Shown here piece by piece: positions 58,154-64,000 of a stretch of 64,000 bases of DNA. The notes under the pieces are model-generated. The model was not told where the DNA came from. It saw only the letters and a list, made by a program, of their open reading frames with translations, and made no database searches. Source of the stretch: Eubacteriales bacterium (lineage in GTDB: Bacteria > Bacillota > Clostridia > Oscillospirales > JAAYXM01); the NCBI GenBank assembly GCA_045649105.1, contig JAZRPG010000027.1:16798-80797 (forward strand), written 5' to 3'. Numbering within the stretch: position 1 is the first letter of the stretch; each line of letters opens with the position of its first letter. Both the position numbers and the translations under genes were made by a program.

Positions 58154-59509
58154 ATGATACATACATACTCTCTTGGCGGTTACAATATCGCCGTTGATGT
58201 AAACAGCGGAGCTGTACATGCCCTCTCAAACTGTGCATATGATGTGTTGAACATATTAGAGCCGCCTCTTGATTCGGCCTGTCCTGAAAATATTTTCAAA
58301 AAACTGACATCATACAGCCATGATGAGATAAAAAGTGCTTATGATGAGCTATATAACCTCTATAAAGAAGGAATGCTGTTTGCGGACGATGACTATATCG
58401 ATATAAAAGGAGCACTTCCTGAAAATGCCCCGCTTAAGGCTCTTTGTCTCCATATTGCGCATGACTGCAATCTGAGATGCAAGTATTGCTTTGCCTCTAC
58501 GGGTGACTTCGGAACCGGCAGAAAACTCATGCCATTTGAGGTTGCAAAGGCGGCAATTGACTTTGTTATAAAGCGCTCAATGTCACGTCGTAATATAGAG
58601 ATTGACTTTTTTGGTGGCGAGCCGCTCATGGGCTTTGAAACCGTTCGTAAAACTGTCGAATATGCAAAGGAACAGGCAAAAATACATGGAAAGCATTTTC
58701 GCTTTACACTTACAACCAACGGTGTGCTTTTAAATGATGAGATTATAGAATACATCAATCGCGAAATGTCAAATGTCGTTCTCTCTCTCGATGGCAGACC
58801 TGAGGTAAACGACGCTGTAAGACCTGCGGCAAACGGCAAAGGAAGCTATGACATTATAGTTCCTAAGTTTAAAAAATTGGTCGATAACAGAGACAAGTCG
58901 CGCGATTACTATGTCAGAGGGACTTTTACAAGAGATAATATTGATTTCACAAATGATGTTCTTCACATTGCAGACCTTGGATTTTCCGAGCTTTCCATAG
59001 AGCCGGTTGTCGCCGAGGCAGAATCTCCATATTCTCTGCGTGAAGAAGATTTCGATAAAATTTGCGCTGAGTATGATAAGCTTTCTGAAATTATGAAGGA
59101 GCGCAAGGATTTCAGATTCTTCCACTTCCTTGTTGACCTTGATCAGGGTCCATGCATAATAAAGCGAGTGCGCGGATGCGGAGCCGGATATGAGTATGCG
59201 GCAATCTCTCCGGAGGGAGATGTTTATCCATGCCATCAGTTTGTCGGAAAACCTGAGTACCTTATGGGAAATGTGCTTGAAGATACACTGGATAAAGACA
59301 TTTCAAAGAAGTTTATGGGTCAGAATGTGTTTACGCGCAAAGAATGCCGGAATTGTTGGGCAAAATACTACTGCAGTGGCGGATGCAGCGCGGCAAACCT
59401 TAATATGAACAATGATTTGAGCGTACCGTATGAATACGCTTGCCGTTTAGAGCGCAAACGCCTTGAGTGTGCAATAATACTGAAAGTTCATGAGTCGCTA
59501 AATTCATAA
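58154..59509 (+). CDS. scfB: radical SAM/SPASM thioether-forming SCIFF maturase
   Basis: CNLRCKYC radical-SAM motif, a C-terminal SPASM Cys cluster (CGAG...PCHQF, CRNCWAKYYCSGGC) and adjacency to scfA. Confidence 0.9.
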   Translation: MIHTYSLGGYNIAVDVNSGAVHALSNCAYDVLNILEPPLDSACPENIFKKLTSYSHDEIKSAYDELYNLYKEGMLFADDDYIDIKGALPENAPLKALCLHIAHDCNLRCKYCFASTGDFGTGRKLMPFEVAKAAIDFVIKRSMSRRNIEIDFFGGEPLMGFETVRKTVEYAKEQAKIHGKHFRFTLTTNGVLLNDEIIEYINREMSNVVLSLDGRPEVNDAVRPAANGKGSYDIIVPKFKKLVDNRDKSRDYYVRGTFTRDNIDFTNDVLHIADLGFSELSIEPVVAEAESPYSLREEDFDKICAEYDKLSEIMKERKDFRFFHFLVDLDQGPCIIKRVRGCGAGYEYAAISPEGDVYPCHQFVGKPEYLMGNVLEDTLDKDISKKFMGQNVFTRKECRNCWAKYYCSGGCSAANLNMNNDLSVPYEYACRLERKRLECAIILKVHESLNS

Positions 59510-59534
59510 ATACTTATTCCGGAGAGTGTTTTGT

Positions 59535-60770
59535 ATGAAGGAACTTAACATCTCAATACCTCAATATGTTGCGGAAATTATTTCACTGCTCGAATCCGGT
59601 GGTTTTGAAGCATATGTTGTAGGGGGATGCGTGCGTGATAGCCTGCTTGGAGTTTTAGCACATGACTGGGATGTATGTTCTTCTGCACTGCCAGAGGAGG
59701 TGCAAAGACAACTCTGCGGATTTAAAGTAATAGAAACGGGAATTGCACACGGAACGGTTACTGCTGTAAAAAACGGAGAAATATGCGAGATAACCACATT
59801 TCGTAACGATGGTGATTATACTGACCACCGGCGGCCGGATTCGGTTTCTTACACAAAAAATATAGAAAATGACTTAAAGCGTCGTGACTTTACAATAAAT
59901 GCTATGGCCTACTCCCCTGTCAGAGGTATGATAGATTTATTCGATGGTGAAAAAGACCTGAGCAAGCGCGTCATAAGATGCGTCGGCGACCCTGAAAAGC
60001 GCTTTGACGAGGACGCTCTTCGCATTATGCGTGCGCTTAGATTTTCTTCTACGCTCGGTTTTTCTATAGAAGAAAAAACAGCCGATGCAATGCTTGCCGG
60101 CGCAGGACTTCTGCAATATATTGCAAGGGAGCGAATCAACAGTGAACTGTCCGGGATTCTTTGCGGAGCTAATGTTTCGGATATATTGATTAAATGTAGG
60201 CAGATTTTTAAGGAGCTGTTCGGTGATTTCTTAGTATCTGACTCATGGAATGTTATTGCAGAAACGGTAGGCCGTGCTCATCCGAATTTAATACTGCGCC
60301 TTTCTCTCCTTCTTGATTTGGTACCACTACCCGATGCGATAAATTTTTTGCACGAGCTCAGATTTGATAAAAAAACAATTTCAGGCGTATCATTTTTGCT
60401 CAAAAACCGGGATTTTACTCCTGCTTGCAATGATATATCTCTGAAAAAAATGTTGTCTGAATTCGGAATTGAAAACTCAAGGATGCTTGTTCAATCCAAA
60501 ATTGCAAAAGAACCAAAAAACATAGATTTAAAATCAATATGCGATACAATGGAGACGATAATTAAAAATCCGCCACCGCTAAGAATCGAGGAGCTTGAAA
60601 TCAACGGCAACGATTTGATGAAGCTGGGAATTCCCGAAGGTAAAAAGATAAGAGAAATTCTCATGTTTGCACTTGATTCTGTGCTTTCCGGAAAGGTGCC
60701 AAATGACAGGACAGAATTGCTTCAATATTTAGTTACAAATAAAAACAAAAACATTTTTAAAGATATATAA
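59535..60770 (+). CDS. cca: CCA-adding tRNA nucleotidyltransferase
   Basis: GGCVRD and RRDFTINA motifs. ATG 59535 lies 8 nt after GGAGAG. Confidence 0.88.
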   Translation: MKELNISIPQYVAEIISLLESGGFEAYVVGGCVRDSLLGVLAHDWDVCSSALPEEVQRQLCGFKVIETGIAHGTVTAVKNGEICEITTFRNDGDYTDHRRPDSVSYTKNIENDLKRRDFTINAMAYSPVRGMIDLFDGEKDLSKRVIRCVGDPEKRFDEDALRIMRALRFSSTLGFSIEEKTADAMLAGAGLLQYIARERINSELSGILCGANVSDILIKCRQIFKELFGDFLVSDSWNVIAETVGRAHPNLILRLSLLLDLVPLPDAINFLHELRFDKKTISGVSFLLKNRDFTPACNDISLKKMLSEFGIENSRMLVQSKIAKEPKNIDLKSICDTMETIIKNPPPLRIEELEINGNDLMKLGIPEGKKIREILMFALDSVLSGKVPNDRTELLQYLVTNKNKNIFKDI

Positions 60771-60840
60771 TTTTTACCCCGTTTTTCTTTTGAAATACGG
60801 GGTAAATTACTGTTGATTTAAACTTTTTACTTATAAGAGC

Positions 60841-60869
60841 TTGACAAAAAGGTTACAATAGGTTACAAT
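60841..60869 (+). promoter_or_regulatory. promoter of the yabE-like gene
   Basis: TTGACA, 17 nt, TACAAT. The -10 lies inside a tandem GGTTACAATA repeat. Confidence 0.6.
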
Positions 60870-60870
60870 A
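60851..60870 (+). repeat. tandem 10-bp direct repeat GGTTACAATA x2
   Basis: Exact tandem copy. An inverted near-copy TTATTGTAATCC lies at 60899-60910. Confidence 0.9.
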
Positions 60871-60973
60871 ACAACAATGTGTGAAACAATTTTGGGAGTT
60901 ATTGTAATCCTGATACAAATTTTGACATATACTTGTAACAGCTTGTTTTCACACATTTACAAGGAGGCAATTT

Positions 60974-62011
60974 ATGTCAGCAAAAGTTCGAAGTATACCA
61001 CATATGTTTATATCTCTGCTTTCACGCAGACCGGTTATTATTTCCCTCGTTTGTGTAATTACTGTGTTTTGTATAGCAGCTTCCCTTTCGTCTATGAACA
61101 CATTTATTGTTTATGACGGTGACAATGTTTCTGTTTTAAACAGCAGTGTTACATGCTGCAGCGATGCTCTTAATGAAATGGGAATCTCGCTTGACGCAAA
61201 TGACTATGTCGAAATGCCGGATAAGCCTGTAGGCGGTATTGCAAAAATACGCATACACCGTAAAAAGGAAGTCACCGTAAACATCGGAACATCTTCCAAA
61301 GTTCTCCTTGCCGAAAATGAAAGAGATGTTTCATCATTACTTTTAAATAACGGTATAGAGCTATCGGAGCACGATGTTCTTTCACTCCCCGCAGATTCAC
61401 CTGTAACAGATGGCATGTCAGTCAGTATAACCCGTGTTTCCTATTCCACATCAGAGGAGCATAAGGATATTGACTTTAAAAAGACACGGCGTGCATCAGC
61501 TTCTCTTGAAGCAGGTAAAGAACGAGTAGTTCAAAAGGGCGTAAAAGGCAAAAATAAGCTCGTATATAAGATAAAAACTGAAAACGGCAATGTAACAGGC
61601 AAGGAGCTTGTTAGTGAGACCGTTGTCAAGGAACCTGTAAATCAAATCGTTGAGTATGGAACAAAAAAGGTTTCAAACCCCGGAACGGTCACGACATTTT
61701 CAGGAGAAAAGCTTAAGTACAAAAGAGTCTTAAATGTTACAGCCACTGCATACACAACCGAGCGCAGTTCCGACAAGATAACGGCAACAGGAAAAGTCGC
61801 GCGCGTTGGACTTGTCGCTGTAGACCCGAAAGTTATTCCCCTTGGTTCAAAGCTTTATATAGTCTCGGCCGACGGAAAGAGCTGGTCTTACGGTACCGCA
61901 GTTGCCGCTGATACGGGCGTCAAAGGAAATAAGATAGATTTGTTTTATAACACTTATAATGAATGTATAAGCTTTGGCAGACGGAAAGCAAAGGTTTATG
62001 TTCTTGAATAG
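60974..62011 (+). CDS. YabE-like cell-wall protein (DUF348 / G5 / 3D domains)
   Basis: N-terminal TM anchor, a G5-like segment (VVQKGVKGKNKLVYK) and a C-terminal 3D domain (TATAYT...VAVDPKVIPLGSKLYI...AADTG). Sits next to rsmA, as yabE does in B. subtilis. Confidence 0.8.
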   Translation: MSAKVRSIPHMFISLLSRRPVIISLVCVITVFCIAASLSSMNTFIVYDGDNVSVLNSSVTCCSDALNEMGISLDANDYVEMPDKPVGGIAKIRIHRKKEVTVNIGTSSKVLLAENERDVSSLLLNNGIELSEHDVLSLPADSPVTDGMSVSITRVSYSTSEEHKDIDFKKTRRASASLEAGKERVVQKGVKGKNKLVYKIKTENGNVTGKELVSETVVKEPVNQIVEYGTKKVSNPGTVTTFSGEKLKYKRVLNVTATAYTTERSSDKITATGKVARVGLVAVDPKVIPLGSKLYIVSADGKSWSYGTAVAADTGVKGNKIDLFYNTYNECISFGRRKAKVYVLE

Positions 62012-62018
62012 TGAATAA

Positions 62019-62060
62019 TTAAGGCGGGTGTCTCCTTCTTAGAGATGCCCGCCTTAATTT
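62019..62060 (+). terminator. intrinsic terminator
   Basis: AAGGCGGG / CCCGCCTT stem followed by a T-rich tail. Confidence 0.65.
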
Positions 62061-62129
62061 AAATCAGTTGCGAAAGGTAAAAAAACAGGTTATAATATAA
62101 AAAGATTAAAAATTTCGGAGAAGGATAAA

Positions 62130-62996
62130 ATGGATTTATTTTCGGTAAAGAGTATTCGCGAAATACTTTCAAGGCATGGCTTTAAGTTTTCAAAATCACT
62201 CGGTCAGAATTTTCTTACTGAGAGATATGTTTGTGAGCAGATTGCGGAGCTTTCAGGGCTGTCTGATAAAGAATGCGTGTTGGAGATAGGTCCCGGCCTC
62301 GGAAGCCTGACAAGTGAGCTTGCAAAGCGTTCAGGCAAGGTTGTAACTGTAGAGATTGACCGCGCCCTTCTCCCCGTACTTAACGAAACCCTTGCCGAGT
62401 ATGAGAATATAACGGTAATAAGCGGTGACATTTTAAAGTGTGATTTGCCGCAGCTTATCGAGCGGGAGTTCGGGAGTTTAAAGCCAAAAGTATGTGCAAA
62501 CCTTCCCTATTATATAACAACACCGGTCATTTCACGGCTTATTGATTCAAAGCTTTTTTCCTCTATAACAACAATGATACAGAAAGAGGTTGCTGACCGT
62601 ATTTGCGCAAAACCGGGTACATCTGATTACGGTGCATTTTCAGTTTATGTACAGTATTATACTGAACCTGAGTTTTTATTTGATGTTCCTGCAACCTGCT
62701 TTGAGCCGCAACCAAAGGTGAACTCTGCTGTAGTAATGCTCAAAATGCGGGATGTCCCCCCTGTTTTGCCAAAATCAGAGGAACTGTTTTTTAAAGTCGT
62801 CAAAGCATCCTTCGCACAGCGGAGAAAACAGCTTGTAAACGGTCTTTTTTCGGCATTCAGCTCTCTTGTTTCAAAAGAGGAAATACTTGATATCCTCGTC
62901 TCATCAGGGCAAAAGATTACGGTAAGAGGCGAAGAACTCGGACTGGCTCAATTCTGTAATATTTCCGACAGGCTTTATGACATTATATATAAATAA
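62130..62996 (+). CDS. rsmA: 16S rRNA (adenine1518/1519-N6)-dimethyltransferase
   Basis: LGQNFL N-terminal motif, EIGPGLGSLT SAM motif and NLPYYITTP. Confidence 0.95.
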   Translation: MDLFSVKSIREILSRHGFKFSKSLGQNFLTERYVCEQIAELSGLSDKECVLEIGPGLGSLTSELAKRSGKVVTVEIDRALLPVLNETLAEYENITVISGDILKCDLPQLIEREFGSLKPKVCANLPYYITTPVISRLIDSKLFSSITTMIQKEVADRICAKPGTSDYGAFSVYVQYYTEPEFLFDVPATCFEPQPKVNSAVVMLKMRDVPPVLPKSEELFFKVVKASFAQRRKQLVNGLFSAFSSLVSKEEILDILVSSGQKITVRGEELGLAQFCNISDRLYDIIYK

Positions 62997-63010
62997 TAAA
63001 ATATTGCATT

Positions 63011-63049
63011 AAAAAACAGCGCAAGACTTAAATATCTTGCGCTGTTTTT
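63011..63049. terminator. bidirectional intrinsic terminator
   Basis: AAAAACAGCGCAAGA / TCTTGCGCTGTTTTT stem between convergent genes. Confidence 0.8.
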
Positions 63050-63057
63050 ATCATTAA

Positions 63058-64000
63058 TTAGTCAGAAACAACTACTCGATGATATGTTTTTTTGCCTTTC
63101 TTTATCATTATTCCACCGTCTTTAACATCATCAAGTGAAACGCTTGCTGTAATGTCGCATACCTTTACATCATTAATTTCCAATCCACCCTGTGTAATTA
63201 CTCTTTTTGCCTCTGAACGCGACGGAGTAAGTGAGCAACGGACAAGAAGCTCAGCTACAGGGATACCTTCCGAAAGCTCTGATGAGGGGATTTCCGTCTG
63301 CGGCATATTTCCGCCGCCTGACTGTGATTTAAAGAGCGCAACTGCCGCTTCTTGTGATTTTTTTGCTTCTTCTTCACCGTGTACCATCTGAGTCATCTCA
63401 AAAGCAAGACGCTCTTTTGCAGTGTTAAGCTCGCTTCCTGACAGCTTCTCGTATTCGGCAATTTCATCAAGCGGTACAAACGTCAACATCTTCATGCATC
63501 TGATGACATCATCATCGCGTACATTGCGCCAATACTGATAAAATTCATACGGAGATGTTTTTTCAGGGTCAAGCCACACGGCACCCTTTTCTGTTTTTCC
63601 CATTTTTTTGCCTTCAGTTGTTGTGAGCAGCGTAAATGTCATACCGTATGAATCCTCTGCGTGAATACGCCTGATAAGCTCCGTGCCGCCGAGAATGTTT
63701 GCCCACTGGTCGTCTCCGCCACACTCGAGTCTGCAACCATATTTTTCAAAGAGGTTGAGATAGTCATAGCTTTGCATAAGCATATAGTTAAATTCAATGA
63801 ATGTAAGACCACGCTCAAGACGACTCTTGAAGCATTCAGCGGTAAGCATACGGTTTACAGAAAAGTGAACGCCGATTTTGCGTAAGAATTCAAGATAATT
63901 CAATTTGAGTAACCAGTCAGCATTATTAACCATTATAGCATCATCGTCGCCGAATTTTATGAAACGGCTCATCTGCTTCTTAAAACGCTCTGCGTTTGCC
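63058..64000 (-). CDS. tyrS: tyrosyl-tRNA synthetase, C-terminal ~313 aa (5' end outside the window)
   Basis: KMGKT (KMSKS) motif, GGDDQWANI and a C-terminal S4 domain. The frame stays open through base 64000 (...[12 protein letters not shown]...). Confidence 0.93.
   Translation of the reverse strand, partial: ANAERFKKQMSRFIKFGDDDAIMVNNADWLLKLNYLEFLRKIGVHFSVNRMLTAECFKSRLERGLTFIEFNYMLMQSYDYLNLFEKYGCRLECGGDDQWANILGGTELIRRIHAEDSYGMTFTLLTTTEGKKMGKTEKGAVWLDPEKTSPYEFYQYWRNVRDDDVIRCMKMLTFVPLDEIAEYEKLSGSELNTAKERLAFEMTQMVHGEEEAKKSQEAAVALFKSQSGGGNMPQTEIPSSELSEGIPVAELLVRCSLTPSRSEAKRVITQGGLEINDVKVCDITASVSLDDVKDGGIMIKKGKKTYHRVVVSD

Noticed and set aside
57948-58238. 96-aa minus-strand ORF from the track, covering the scfA region.
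   Set aside because: It lies antisense to a textbook SCIFF precursor with an SD and spans the intergenic terminator hairpin. It has no SD or recognisable motifs. I treat it as spurious.
60877-61116. 79-aa ORF overlapping the yabE-like leader and start.
   Set aside because: It has no SD, starts at the predicted transcription start, and overlaps the well-supported yabE-like frame, which has an AAGGAGG SD.
1-64000. Scan for CRISPR arrays, tRNA/rRNA genes, IS elements and toxin-antitoxin pairs.
   Set aside because: No regularly spaced direct repeats, cloverleaf-capable intergenic segments, transposase-like ORFs or terminal inverted repeats were seen. Apart from the 6S candidate, the intergenic regions are short and are accounted for by promoters and terminators.

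Overview
This 64-kb window looks like chromosomal DNA from a spore-forming, moderate/low-GC Firmicute. Gene content suggests class Clostridia: spoIIM, a SpoIID-like protein, DUF1292, a SCIFF peptide with its maturase, pyrK/pyrD type 1B and pyrBI. No rRNA, tRNA, CRISPR array, IS element or prophage was seen. Most of the window is housekeeping. It holds the ackA 3' end; a complete nine-gene pyrimidine operon (pyrC-carA-carB-pyrK-pyrD-pyrF-pyrE-pyrB-pyrI); metK; putP; argH; udp; glyA; rarA; tcdA; infC-rpmI-rplT; ldh; two Xer-type tyrosine recombinases; spoIIM; proC; asd-dapA-dapB; queA-tgt; yajC; cca; a yabE-like gene; rsmA; and the tyrS 3' part. The observations I rank highest are these. (1) carA encodes a small CPS subunit whose glutaminase catalytic residues are replaced (Cys->Ser, His->Asn, plus two further active-site changes), which suggests an ammonia-dependent, CPS-I-like enzyme. 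(2) A 48-aa six-cysteine SCIFF precursor is absent from the ORF track. It is followed by a strong hairpin attenuator and its radical-SAM/SPASM maturase. (3) A 9.8-kb DeoR-controlled operon combines two polyol-type dehydrogenases with a 2-oxoacid/acetoin-dehydrogenase-like complex: an E2 with duplicated lipoyl domains, E3, a fused E1 alpha-beta, and LplA. Twin palindromic operators 105 bp apart precede it. (4) A probable 6S RNA lies directly upstream of tcdA. (5) There are several candidate protein-binding repeats: a dif-like 28-mer, a 15-6-15 inverted repeat beside the XerC-like gene, TGTAAH hexamer clusters in the yabE-like promoter, and a 36-bp palindrome before putP. (6) A visibly AT-richer islet carries an ATP-grasp enzyme, a LysR regulator and an orphan DctM-like permease. 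All function calls rest on motif recognition by eye; no database search was possible.
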